64,000 nucleotides of DNA, taken from assembly GCA_946965045.2 (NCBI GenBank), contig OX337236.1:3535191-3599190 (forward strand), in the 5' to 3' direction. The position numbers and the translations under genes are program-made. This document shows positions 48,448-61,641 of this stretch, piece by piece (position 1 is the stretch's first letter; each line of letters opens with the position of its first letter). The notes under the pieces were generated by a model, which saw only the letters and a program-made list of their open reading frames with translations, ran no database searches and was not told the DNA's origin. This DNA comes from Epithemia pelagica. Taxonomy: Eukaryota; Protista; Bacillariophyta.

Positions 48448-49778
48448 CAGCCCAGCGTATGGTATCATTCTGATATCCCACCGTTCTCCACCTTGATATA
48501 AGCTCATAAACGAGCAAGGCCCACTACGCACCGTGGTGATGAAGGGCAGGATATATCATGAATTGTGCAACACGTTGCATTGATCTCCTACACTAGTGGA
48601 ACTATAGAATAATGATTTTGTTGCCAAACACTCTTCTTGCTTCCTATGACATTGCTATCTATTGAGATACCATGAACGCCGCTTTACTAGTTAAATGAGA
48701 CGATACAGTGCCGTCTGGCATGACATCGCTGTTCCCCCCAAAAAGGAGTGGAGCCAGGCTAATGGATGCATACACAATGGTACCAGGCGTCTCTCCTGTT
48801 GAATGGGTGGAGTGATCTGGCTGTTGAAGATGATGGTTGTGCGCCTGAAACACCTAGTCGGAACCATCAATACCAAACAATGGCAACATATACAAACATG
48901 CCAGCGACACGCACGCTTCTCCTCTGCGGTTGTAAAGAAGGCAGAGCGACTCGTCGGACGATGGTCTTGGATTCGGCCATGCGTCAGTTTGTAGGTCCGG
49001 TCATTCTATGACGCGTGCCTCTTGATGCTCGTGTTTTCGGGTGGCAGTCGTTGTTAGGAAATTTGTCTTTAGAATTTTTGCACGACCATGGCAGTGCTGC
49101 GACATGCCCACCCACCACCTCGTGTCCAAGTATGGCTCTCTTCAGTGTGTCCACACTTTCAACCAGACGGCTTTTCCCTTGCAACGTGTTCTTCTTCCTT
49201 GTTGGATTCTGGTTGGTTTTGTTCGTTCATTTTCCACAGCAACACACGTCTACGATCATCATGGACGGAAGGATATTTGTATTGCCATTCCGTCGTTGCC
49301 GGTAAAGTACCAGTGATGGTTGATGTGCGACGGACGGATCATTACCACTGAACTTTTGGTTTGTTTGTTGTTGTTTTTGGAGCTTGTCCTGGTAACGTTC
49401 GGGCCACACGAAGCTCTCTCTTCCTCTTTCTTGGTTTTTTCAATGCAGAACAAAGGATTACGGTCGTGGTTCCTCAGCCTAGGGTGCTTCATTGTCCTCG
49501 TTTCCTTCTCTTTGCTCTTGTTGTTGTAGCAGAGTGCCTCCAGGGACTTGAGACTTGCCTTGGTGCGAATGCAATCGGGTGGCTTGATCATGTGTGATGC
49601 TTGTTGGAGATCTTGTGCTTCTTGCTTTTCAATACAGAAGTTGCCCTTTCCACTTGAACTTGCGGGTCCACGCAAACTCTCTTGCGCTCCTCGATCCTCG
49701 ATCGGTCCCTTTTTGGTGCTGATCAATTTTGGCAACCCCATCTCGTCGTTGATGTCAAATCGTCGTGTCGTCTCTCGT

Positions 49779-50251
49779 TGTCATGCAAAAAGACTTCTCA
49801 GCGGTGGACTCGTGAAAGACTTTTCAATCTTGTGAAAAGAAAGTGGGGTCGTATGTGATGATCTGGAAAGGTATCTTTTGATGCCGAATGCCTTCCACGT
49901 GGCGTGTGGAGACAGAGCTGAATCTTTTGTGAAGAAGAAACAGAGAAGAAGAGAAGAAAAGAAGAAAAGAGGGCGTCTACTATCATTGTGAAGGCGTTTT
50001 CCGTTCCACCCGATGAGTTGTTCGTAGAATGTCCGAATGAGGCGGCCGTTCCGTTGAGGGAGGTTCCCATGGTCATTCGGAGGAGTTCCGGTTTGCAGTC
50101 TGTGGATACTGCTAGGGACCAATGTAAACTGTAGTGCAGATTTTGTTACTTCTCAAATTATGGCTAGTTACTAAGTTGGGTGTAGTGTGAGATCGATATT
50201 TTTTGAGTGTGTGTGCTGAAGGGACATGGTGGAGGCGCATGACCGCTGATA
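49779..50251 (-). repeat. Putative 3' LTR of the copia element
   Basis: Begins right after the PPT-like tract; the end is inferred from TGACA; no second LTR is available for comparison. Confidence 0.5.
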
Positions 50252-50269
50252 CTCGCCCTTGATCGAGGG

Positions 50270-53200
50270 CTACCAACCCATAATTTTCTTGCGGGCTGTT
50301 TCAAAAGGCACCGTGTCAAGTGGCTTGGTGAAGGTGTCGCCAAGTTGGTCGGTTGTGGCAATGGCCTTCATGAAGATACCATTGGGATCAGAGCTGTTGG
50401 GTGAACTGAGATGTGAGCGAAACCAGTGATATTTGATGCCGATGTGTTTGCTGCGTGGTGTCATACGTGGGGGATCTTTTGTGGCCAGTTGTAAGGCGGC
50501 TTGGTTGTCCTCCCAGACGGTACAGACGAAGCTGGGACCAGCTGCATTGAGGTGCAAGTGCTTGATGATTTTGGCCAATTGATTCCGTAGAGGCAGTAGG
50601 GTACGCATACTTGTTGAAGCAGCAATATATTCGGCCTCCATGGTGGAGAGGGCGATCTCTGTTTGAAGTTTACTGCTCCAAGTGATAGGAGATTGTCCAA
50701 TAGTGATGATGAATCCGGTTCTGGAACGTACAGAGGTGGGATCGTCGGAGTTTTCGTTGCTCCAGAGACCAGCGAAATCGGCGTCCACGTAGCAGTGTAA
50801 ACTCAGGTCTTTGGAGGGTTGTAGAATGAGTCCTCGTTTGGCGGTTCCCATTAGGTAGCGACCGATTCGTTTGAGTGCTTCGCCGTGCAATGCTGTGGGA
50901 TTATTGCTAAATCGCGCTGTCTGGTTAATTGCGAAAGCACAGTCAGGTCGTGTATTGTTGCCAAGGTAGAGGAGCATTCCTACAACCGATCGGTAATTGT
51001 AGGTAGCGTTGAGTGGCTCACCATCGTTTTGGTTGCGGGTGTTGGTTTGGGATTAGATTTCTCCAGACCCAATGTGTTGATGATGCTGCGTGTGAGATGA
51101 GGTTGTCGTAGTTCGACGGTTCCGTTATCGTGGTGTTTGATCTCGACACCGAGGTACGTTGGGAGGTCACCGAGATGTTCGTAGTCCATCTTCAGTTTTG
51201 TGAGGCCTTCAAGGATCCGGTTGACACTCGCTTCGTCATGCCCACAGATCACTGCGTCATCCACATAGGTGATCATGACACATCCTAGTCCGATGAACAA
51301 GCAGGGATCTGATCCATCGGGCTTAAGCCCAATTTGCTCCAATTTCTCCCGGAGGTAGTCATACCACAAGCGTGGCGCACGACAGTCTCCATACAGACTC
51401 TTCGTAACTTCCAGCACCTTATCGCGTTGTCCGGTGCCATACCCTTGGGGCAAGTTGACGTAGAATGGTTCTGGGAGATCCGACTGCACGAATGCGTTTT
51501 TGAAGTCGATTGACACAGTGTGTAGCTTGTGTTGTATCGACAAGTTCAGTAGGAGACGAACCGTTGGCCAATCAATCACTGGGGCGAAGGTATTGTCGCG
51601 GCTGAAAGAGGCCTTCTGTTGGTCGCCTCGGACGACCAGTCTGGCTTTGTAGCGTGATATCGTTCCATCGGGTTTACGTTTTCGTACGAACGTCCACATG
51701 ACGTCAACAATCTCTTTACCATTTGCCTTGGATCGTGGAACAAGCTTGAAGGTTTGCTTTGCTTCTAGTTCGTTGAGTTCCTTGTCCATGGCGGCGATCC
51801 ATTTGTCTTGTTCCTCACGTGAAAGCATTCGGATGTCGAAGTAGGACGGTGCATCCTCATTGATGGCCTTGGCGTTGAAAAACAATGGATGCCAATCGTC
51901 GATGATTCCCAGTGGTGACTGGATCTGGGCGAGCAAGTGTGAATCGAAGGTTGAGGATAACTTGTCTGGGTGCAGAGACGTTGGAAAGTCCCATTGGAGG
52001 GAGTTAGCGTAGTGTCCGAATGCCACAGGGTCGTCGTTGATGGCAGACATTGAAAAGCATCGGTCTTGGGAGCTAACATGTGTCCAGACACTGTCTTGAG
52101 TGCCATGGTCCTTGTCTGGGAATCGTGTGGGAGCGCGACGTTGTCGTTGAGGACGTGCTGCTGGTGGTGGTACAGACTCACCCAGTGTCGATCCAACTGG
52201 TGATCCGTCGACCTCGCCCGATTTTGAAGATGGTAATGGAGTCGGTAGTTCCTCGTCCAAGTTCAATGGAGGTGGGTCGATATCGTCGTCAAGGGGGTCG
52301 AAAGAATCGGAAGCTTCGGCCGTCTCGTGGAGTGGTGAGAGAGGAGTGTGATCGTCCAGCTGGAGGGGTGACTGTGAATCAAGGGTCGTCCGGCGATGAT
52401 TACGACCAAGAGCTAACGGTGTACTAGGTGTTGTAGGACTGTCGTGTGACGGTGGCTGTGCCTGCTCGCCCTCGGGGACACTCGGGACTGGAAGGGACGG
52501 AGTGTCATCGAAGGAAACGGTAGGGGAAGACCAAATCGAATCTAAGTCGGGCATAGGCCCATCGCGTACCGGGTCGTGGTCATCCAAGTAGTGGTCACGG
52601 GTAAAGAAATCCGGCAAACTGTTATCGGAAGGGAAAGACCATGTACTGTTGACAGACATGAATAGTTCATCATAAACCACGTGGAACTGAGGTGAAATGT
52701 GGCCAGTATCCAGGTTCCGAATCATTCCAACCAAGCTTGAATGCTGTGAAGAAAAACCAAGGAACTGACCACGTCGCGAGCAACGGGCCCACTTGGGAAG
52801 TTTCTTACCATCTTGTAGTTTAGGATCTAAAACGTAACTAGGACAGCCCCAAACACGAACGCGACGTAACAGCGTGCAGTCAATCTTGGATCCAGAGAAA
52901 ACTTCCATCGGTGACAGATTCGTATCTTCATGAGGAACGTGGTTGTAAATCCATGTGGCGTACTCAACAGCCATGGGCCACAAGGACGGACAGAAAGCGG
53001 ACGGCCATCGGATGTGGCAGTGAATCATCATGGCCCGTGCCATGTAGGTGACAGTCTGTATTGCCCGTTCAGCTCCGGCATTTTCATGATGGGCACCAAC
53101 GCCAGACAATGTGCTTGTTGGAGACGGAAATGTGTTACGGTCAGCCTTGATAGATTCCTGAAAGGCATCAGAAGTAAAGACGCCATTGTCGGAATGGTAG

Positions 53201-54615
53201 CGATGAACCTGTCGTCCAACTTGGAGAAGAGAAGTTTCGAACTGGTTCTTTGAAATGATAGTGTCGCTACTACCAAGTGAGACTTGAGGGTAACAGAAGA
53301 TCGCCTTTGAGCCGTGATCAAAGAAGATTGTACCTCCTACGAAGCGATGCTGTGGTCGTTCTCGACCTCGAGTATGCCACAAGCGTCCACGAACGGTAGA
53401 TTCGAAATGATCCATGGAAACCAATTCACCTGGAAGGAGTTTTCGATCGGTTGGCGTCAGGTGACCGGCCTGGGGATGCGGAACGTTGGCTTTTGTTTGC
53501 GTTGGACGTCGTCGAGCCTTCGCGTATAAACATGCCAAACATTTGGGAGCTTCACAGGTGCCACTGCTCTTGAAAGTGGCAGGAAGGCATGATGGTGTCA
53601 TGTCGTCGGAATCAGAAGTCGAACTGTCTCGGTACAAACGCTGGATGCGACGCATATGGACGTGACCCAAACGTTGATGATCCAACAAAAGCTGCTTTTG
53701 AGGTCGACTCAGATTGCGATTGGATGCATCCAAAGGATTGTCTTCGTGTTCGGATAAGAATTGGTGCAAGGTTGGTGGTGATTCGACCAATGCTCTGTCT
53801 TCTAAATGGCAACGACACCACTGATTGGACCCACAACAACAATCAACCGGTCGGTGTTGAGGCGTTGTATGACTGGCGGCCTTGATATTCTTGACACGAA
53901 CGATTGGAAGGTTGCTTGAGTAGTCGATGGGAACGGTGATGCGGCGTTCACTGTTCTTGTCAAGCATGATGCTTGCGAAGGACTGATTGCTTACGAAGGT
54001 TGGAAATCGCTGATCCTGTCGGAGATATGAGGCATTAATTTGAGGGGAACATAGTCGTGTTCCAGCGGCCTTGCAAAGATTGGCAGGATAAACCCATCGA
54101 CGTATGGAACCGTCCTCATGAATAGCGTCATATCCAACAATCCCTGTGCCAATAATGGGAAATCGGTTGTCACTTGCGGCAGTTGACATGGAGCCGTAGT
54201 TTCCATACTCCAACTCGACAAAGTCATCTTCGTTCATGGTTAAACCGGTTGAGGCGCCAGTGTCGAGGATAATTGGCACCACAGGATCTGTTGAAGCATC
54301 GCTTGTTGTTGTTTGGTAAACGGTCATGGTAGAGTCAATATGATGCATGGCATATCGGTACGTGTATCAAGGTGTATTGCTGTTGGCACGCAAAAGGTTG
54401 CTAAAATCCGGACCAAGTCGGTAAATGTGAGGATCATTGGACAAAGGTAAAAGGGTGTCTCGTGGCAAAAGGCGACGTTGATGTCCATTGTAACAATCAA
54501 CCGTGGTGTCGTAGCGGCGTAGAGCACGCATTATCGGCCATGTATTCCAATCCGCTTCGTGTCGTGAATCACGCCATGTCTTGGTTCTTGCTCGTGCTTT
54601 CGTAGTATGCTCGCC
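50270..54615 (-). pseudogene. Copia gag-end/pol polyprotein with one in-frame TGA (54367-54369) and one frameshift (about 51030)
   Basis: Protease ILDTGAS; HQRLGH...C..C; integrase SMDH / SDNG / ENAGAERAI; RT YKARLVVRGD and YVDD; RNase H YVDADFAG / EDNQAA / DTFTK. The upstream frame stays open up to the 54616 junction. Confidence 0.9.
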
Positions 54616-54973
54616 CCTAAGGGTTTTGCTAGAAATCGACCTTTTTGTCGTGCGCACTAAGTTCATTCTGTAGAATCACATGCGCGACCACAAAAAGGTC
54701 AATTTTGAATCACTGTATTGTTGCGTGCGAAATTTTAGTGCGACCACAAAAAGGTCGATTTCGACCACAAGAAGGTCGATTTGCAAACCTACATTAACTC
54801 TCCATAGTAAACCATATTCCTTCTTGTCGCTCAAAGATTTTGAGGTGAATGATCTCTGGTGTTAGGGCCTTTTCAGTTTTTGAGGTGAATGACCCTCTTT
54901 AGGGCCTCTTTTTTGGCTGCAAAGGGTCATACCTCCCAAACCTATTTTGACCATAGGAACGACAACAGCCACC

Positions 54974-55566
54974 ATGGAGTTTGACGATTACTTGGGGCTT
55001 GTGGACTTTGCCACACCCTGTGGTTTGGTCTGTAAGCTCTGTGGTGGTGGTTTCCGAGCAAACATGAAGTGTCTTGCCCGCCACGCCAAGACCTGCTCCA
55101 AAATTCATGGGGTGTCCTTTCGCTTTCCTGGGAGACATCTTGGTAACAAAATACACACTCTTGTGGAGAATGCCAACAACCAACCATTTGATTGTTTCAT
55201 TCATGAGTCAAATGATACAAGAATCAAGTATTTCTGTAGTGACTGTGACAAGATGTTTCATGTGAAGCTTTTGTGCAAGAAGCACGTTGCTGGTTGTTGC
55301 GCTAGTGCCAAAGTCATTGCCAAGACTTTCCTCAAGCTGAAGTGTGGATGCTTCATGCCAAGGCCCCAAAGAGAAACCATGCAGCAAGAAACCAACTGGA
55401 CCCCAATAATTCAAGTTGAGAATTCAATATTCACCATGCCGCTGCCCTGCAGTAGGTTACCCAACGAGTTTGCAAGTTCGATTGAACCATTATTGCATCC
55501 AAGCGACACTTTGGGAAGGTGGCCCGATGTACTGAGTAATATGATTCCTGGCACGTTGGAGAATGC
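54974..55566 (+). pseudogene. Type A element ORF, N-terminal Zn-finger part, truncated at CCTAAGG 55567
   Basis: CKLCGGGF...LARHAKTC and FCSDCDKMF...CKKH; no native stop before the junction. Its start is repeated and re-truncated at about 59752-59794. Confidence 0.65.
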
Positions 55567-56058
55567 CCTAAGGATATTTGCCTTTTTTGGGTGTCTTTAG
55601 TACTAGAGACCGTAGGATTTGAACGTGTGCATATGAGCACAAGGGGCTATAGTATCTGTGCATATGAGCACTGATATAAATGCCTTTTGTTGCAAAAGAG
55701 CACTGCCCCTTGTGCAGATGAGCACAGAATGTCTACGCCCCGCTCAAGTCTAATTTCTAAGCACTCATATTCAATATGAGTCATTAATTTCATTCATTAC
55801 TAACCATTACCGCACTCTTAGTTGTTCCCCCGTTCTTTTGGCGCGAAAAGCTTGCCTGCGTGCCCCTTCGCGCCCAACATCTTCACCTGAAAACCTCAAT
55901 AGGCCCAACATCTTCACCTGAAAACCTCAATTGGCCCAACAAAAGGTCATTGTTGTTTCATGAATTATGACTCTTGCAAAGAGGCCCATCCTTGCCTTTG
56001 CTTGAGAGTCGGCTGGTTATGTCTCTTCCTCTGTTCCATGCACACGAGGAAACCAGCA

Positions 56059-58788
56059 ATGGCTACCAACAATGGGCCTGGAACGCCATCTCCATCCCGG
56101 AGACGGCCTGTGAAGAAGATCCGTTCCGATCAGGGCATTGGCTTGTCATGTTTAGATGCTACAATTGTGACACCCTTTGGTATGGGATGCGGCATATGCA
56201 AGAAATCATTCGGAGAAAGTCTTTGGTCCATGTAGCGGCATCTAAATCAACATGGAGTCTGTGTCTCAGCAACTGACAACCGACTCCTTGTTGCAAGAAA
56301 ACAGTCCCTTAAGCAAATTTTGCAAGAAGACCCTCATACCGCAAAAAACTTCTTCACGGGGAGGTCTGTTCTTGGATATTCCTGCAGGTGTCTTGTTGGT
56401 TGGACAAGACTCAGCAATGTTATGCGTCATCTCTCCTCGCCTAACTCCTGTGGAGCCATTGGGCCTGAGAGGGAACAATTACAGGTCACTTCTTGTGGGA
56501 GGCTGGTATCTATGACTGCTGTCAGTATGAAATATTCCCAAGAGGATCCAATCTTGAAAACAAAGAGAGCGGTCACCCAAACTTTCCATATGGTATCTGA
56601 GGAGATGGTTGATTGTTTTGTTCCTTTGTTTCATCCATTGGCTCAGGAGGAACACTACTCTTCCAAGCCAGATGGAGCAACCTTTCAAGAACGGATGGAA
56701 AATTTGCTTTCTCTGACAACCACTACCAGCAAAGATGAAGTCAACAAACCCATACTCAAGTTTTTCTATGATTTTGGAGAGAAGTGGTTGTTGCATGGCG
56801 CTCCAATTCATGTGAAAATGGTCCCAGCAAATTTTCGGTCGAAGCTTTTGGTATTTGATGGTACAAGGGAAAGTGGGTCACATGCTGGCGCAAATACGAC
56901 CTACACATTCACCAAGTTTCCAAACGGACTTGTTCCAGAGCTCAAGAAATTGTTGTGCTTCATCCACAAGCAGCAGCCATCCATTATGAAGAGAGAATGT
57001 GACTTACAGTCATTACTTGTTGATCTGTGTCTCGAGACACCTGACTCTGTCAGGCACCATACTATGCTCATGACTTATGCGGTTGGCCGGACTTTGCGGC
57101 ATAAGGACACCACAGGGTCATTGTCCGTACTGGGCCCATCACATATCGCAACAATGTATTCCGCTCTGCTCACCATTCTAAGGGCGAGTATATGTTCCTT
57201 GATCTACAAAATGGACAAAGATTATTCTCAACAGGCCTTGACTCTAGTAAAACGGGCACAGGAATCCATAACAATCAATTTCTTGGCAAGTTCCATTCGA
57301 CGCATGCGCGAAAAAGAAGCACTTATGCCATCTTCCCGGAAAGTGTCCATTCGAACCACAAAAGATATATTGGTTGACAACTTCCTTTTTAAATTTGATA
57401 TTTGGAGGAATGTTGTACCATGTATTGAAGAAAAGTGTATTTCATCTTTCAGAACTCTTCTGGTTGGTGACCAATGGACTGATTTCCTCAACCTAAATTT
57501 GCACTTGTACGTCAATTTGGTTCCATCTTCTGGATTGGTGTCTCTTCAGGTCGAGAAAGAATCTTCTATCATAACATCTGAAGTGATTCAAGTGCACCAT
57601 GCCTTCAATGCAACATCTGTTGATATTCTGGTATCATTCTTGGAACTTGCATTCCACGGAACAGGGTTGGGCTCCATGCGATATGCAGAAATTGAAAGGT
57701 GTCTGTTTAGTAGCATTCGTTGGCATGGCCAACAATGCTACTATTACAGTCACACCGAGAAAGTATACACTGCACTCAACAACAAACCTGGAAAGCTTGT
57801 TGAACACAAGCTACCCAAGTCACTTGGACGCATATTTTTGGTCTTCAGAGTTGTATGTCAACACCTTCAGTCACAGCTGAAGCATGACTTGCGGAGACTT
57901 GTACCAGTGAGAAATATCAGGGTACACGAGATGACCGATGCTGTGGCAACAATCTTTGGCTTCGAAAACCAACCGGATTGCACCCAAGTAAGGCACTTGT
58001 GGACATCAATCTCTAATATTCTTTTCCCGGAGTTTGATGAAATGTCGATCCAGAATCAGTACACAACCAAGACTGTGGCTGAACAGTCAGGTCACAGCCT
58101 CATAACACATCGTGACCATTATGGGTCAAGCAATGTAGCTGCAAAAGAAGACTTGTTCGAGACATATCATAAAGCACTGGGTGAAAAGTCTGTTGGGAAA
58201 GAATCAGTGACCATGAAACAAGACTTGACGGATGGGGAGATATTGAGGACATTGCACAAACTCTTTGGGCCTAGTGCCACATACACGTGTTCTGAACAAC
58301 ACGCCATGTTGGCTTTTGCATTGAGAGAAAGCACATGTCATGGACACTATGGTTTACCATGTGGAGGTGGCAAGTCACTATCATGGTTAGTCCCGGTGGT
58401 AGGAGCCAAGCTACATCACTTGGCTCCCAAGACCTATATGGTAGTCGTGCCCTACAAATTTTTATCTGGTTACCATGAAGAACAAGTATCACGCAACTTG
58501 CCATCAGGTGTGGAAGTGTCTTCCATGACAGTTTTGGGCAATCAAGTTACAGCAAACCGACTGCCTGATGGTCTCCATGACTTCAAAATGTCGCCAGACA
58601 TTGTTTTCTTCAGTCTCGAGGCCATATGGATGTTGGAGAAATATCATTCCTCTACTATAGAAGAGTGGGTGGAGAAGTCAGCTTTGGTCAAAATCATAAT
58701 TGATGAGGTTCACACAATTTACTCGGAGCTTTCCTTTCGGTCCAAATTTGATTGCCTTCCACGTCTTGTTCGCTACGGAGTGCCCTAA
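56059..58788 (+). pseudogene. Type B element ORF: Zn finger, tyrosine-recombinase-like domain and N-terminal half of a RecQ-like SF2 helicase; one nonsense codon (56233) and truncated at CCTAAGG 58784
   Basis: CGICKK...RHLNQH; YR-like GLGSMRYAEI (R), HTEK (K), QVRHLW (R), QSGHS (H), HRDHYG (Y) at about 57640-58125; helicase motif I LPCGGGKS, Ia VVVPY, II IIIDEVH; cut at LVRYGVP, just before motif III. The TAG at 56233 is CAG in the sister copy. Confidence 0.8.
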
Positions 58789-60229
58789 GGATATTTCACT
58801 TTTTTGGGAGCTTCTAGTACAAGAGACCGTAGAATTTGAACGTGTGCATATGAGCACAAAATCCTATAGTGCCTGTTGCATATGAGCAAGGATTTGTTGC
58901 GGATGAGCTGCAATTTGTTATGCTTTTGTTGCGATTGAGCAGTGGCCTTGTCTATGCCCCTTTGACCACTCCCCAAAAGCTGTCATATTCAATATGCTCT
59001 ATACTGGCCAAATACTTTTCAGAGCTCTGCCAGTTAGGTTTTTGTCTTGCCCTACTCTACATAGAAGAATCAAGGTAAGATTGAATTTCCTTTGATTTGC
59101 TGTACAAAATTTCCTTGTTACTACAAACCAGCTAATATGTGTGTACGAGTGACATATATTTGTAAACACAAATGACCAACTAACTTTTTTGTACAATCTT
59201 TTTCCCCGCCGAATGACGCTGGCATTTCAAAGAAAAATCTCATTTCACCCATCACTAGTTCTCATCAAAATCCCATTTTGACCATTCCTAGTTTATGCCT
59301 CTAGGAGTAGGTCTTTGTACCTACCCATCATTCGTCCAGTAAATTGGGCCCAATGCAATTCTGCAAAGGGTCATCACTCCCTTTCTTTGTTTTGTGTGAA
59401 ATGACCCTAAGGGTTTTGCTATGTCGTGCGCACTAAGTTCATTCTGTAGAATCACATGCGCGACCACAAAAAGGTCAATTTTGAATCACTGTGTATTGTT
59501 GCGTGCAAAATTTTAGTGCGACCACAAAAAGGTTGATTTCGACCACAAGAAGGTCGATTTGCAAACCTACATTAACTCTCCATAGTAAACCATATTCCTT
59601 CTTGTCGCTCAAAGATTTTGAGGTGAATGATCTCTGGTGTTAGGGCCTTTTCAGTTTTTGAGGTGAATGACCCTCTTTAGAGCCTCTTTTTTGGCTGCAA
59701 AGGGTCATACGTCCCAAACCTATTTTGACCATAGGAACGACAACAGCCACCATGGAGTTTGACGGTTACTTGGGGCTTGTGGACTTTGCCACACCCTAAG
59801 GAAATTTAGGTCTAGATTCTAGTTTTTGTACCAGAGCCCGTAGCTTTCTACAGGTTGCACTTGAGCTGCATATTTTGCATATGAGCTCCCATAGGTACAG
59901 CTAGGTATGGCCCTTTTTGCACTTGAGCTTTGGTTTTGATATGCCACTTTGCACTTGAGCTCCAAAACCAATTAAGCCGGGCTTCAATATGACCATTGTA
60001 ACATGACAACCTGGATAGGGACTAACGCTAAAGGAGTTTTGTCTCAATGATAATCATTAGGTCCTTTTTCACAGCCAGACATTCTAGTGCTAAGGGCCTC
60101 ATTCGTTGCCAGATTTGTAGTGAATGACCTTGCTTAGGGCCTCTTTCACATGGAGATAGTGAGTGAATGACCTTGCGTTGTACCTGGTTTCTTTTGTGAA
60201 CCGTCACATCGAAAAGACTCTTGTTGACA

Positions 60230-60596
60230 ATGGCTCCCATTTCTACAGTTGGGCCGGGGACCCCATCTCCTTCAAGGAGAAGGCCCATGAAAAAAATAAG
60301 ACTCTGCAATGGTGGAGGAATGAGCAATGTTGGATTGTCGTGTGAAGAAATGACCTTGATGACTCCCTTTGGTTTTGGATGTCGGGTCTGTGACAAACCA
60401 TGCGGGGCTTCGTTGTGGTCCATGCAACGACACTTCAACTCCCATGGAATCACAGTTTCCATGGGAGAGAATTTGAGACTGCAGAGCATGAGAAAGAATA
60501 AAGAGGACCAAGTGAGACAGAATTTTTCATCCGTTGTGCAGTGTCTTACAGATGAGAAATTGGCAGGATATTCGTGCAAGTGCATTGTTGGGTCTC
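60230..60596 (+). pseudogene. Type C element ORF start (homolog of type B), truncated
   Basis: GPGTPSPSRRRPMKKIR...TPFGFGCRVCDKPCGASLWSMQRHFNSH aligns with type B; ends at CCTAAGG 60597. Confidence 0.75.
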
Positions 60597-61088
60597 CCTA
60601 AGGATATTTGCCTTTTTTGGGTGTCTTTAGTACTAGAGACCGTAGGATTTGAACGTGTGCATACGAGCACAAGGGGCTATAGTATCTGTGCATATGAGCA
60701 CTGATATAAATGCCTTTTGTTGCAAAAGAGCACTGCCCCTTGTGCAGATGAGCACAGAATGTCTACGCCCCGCTCAAGTCTAATTTCTAAGCACTCATAT
60801 TCAATATGAGTCCTTAATTTCATTCATTACTAACCATTACCGCACTCTTAGTTGTTCCCCCGTTCTTTTGGCGCGAAAAGCTTGCCTGCGTGCCCCTTCG
60901 CGCCCAACATCTTCACCTGAAAACCTCAATAGGCCCAACATCTTCACCTGAAAACCTCAATTGGCCCAACAAAAGGTCATTGTTGTTTCATGAATTATGA
61001 CTCTTGCAAAGAGGCCCATCCTTGCCTTTGCTTGAGAGTCGGCTGGTTATGTCTCTTCCTCTGTTCCATGCACACGAGGAAACCAGCA

Positions 61089-61150
61089 ATGGCTACCAAC
61101 AATGGGCCTGGAACGCCATCTCCATCCCGGAGACGGCCTGTGAAGAAGAT
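61089..61150 (+). pseudogene. Type B ORF start (unit B2), truncated after about 20 codons
   Basis: MATNNGPGTPSPSRRRPVKKI, then CCTAAGG 61151. Confidence 0.8.
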
Positions 61151-61641
61151 CCTAAGGATATTTGCCTTTTTTGGGTGTCTTTAGTACTAGACACCGTAGG
61201 ATTTGAACGTGTGCATATGAGCACAAGGGGCTATAGTATCTGTGCATATGAGCACTGATATAAATGCCTTTTGTTGCAAAAGAGCACTGCCCCTTGTGCA
61301 GATGAGCACAGAATGTCTATGCCCCGCTCAAGTCTAATTTCTAAGCACTCATATTCAATATGAGTCCTTAATTTCATTCATTACTAACCATTACCGCACT
61401 CTTAGTTGTTCCCCCATTCTTTGGCGCGAAAAGCTCGCCTGCGTGCCCCTTCGCGCCAAACATCTTCACCTGAAAACCTCAATTGGCCCAACATCTTCAC
61501 CTGAAAACCTCAATTGGCCCAACTAAAGGTCATTGTTGTTTCATGAATTATGACTCTTGCAAAGAGGCCCATCCTTGCTTTTGCTTGAGAGTCGGCTGGT
61601 TATGTCTCTTCCTCTGCTCCATGCACACGAGGAAACCAGCA

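Larger units (their letters stand above)
49779..54615 (-). mobile_element. Ty1/copia LTR retrotransposon (diatom CoDi-like), 5'-truncated
   Basis: PR-INT-RT-RH order; probable PPT AAGGGCGAG (50260-50252) and 3' LTR of about 50251-49779 (TATCA...TGACA, left boundary tentative); most of gag and the 5' LTR are absent, cut at CCTAAGG 54616. Confidence 0.9.
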
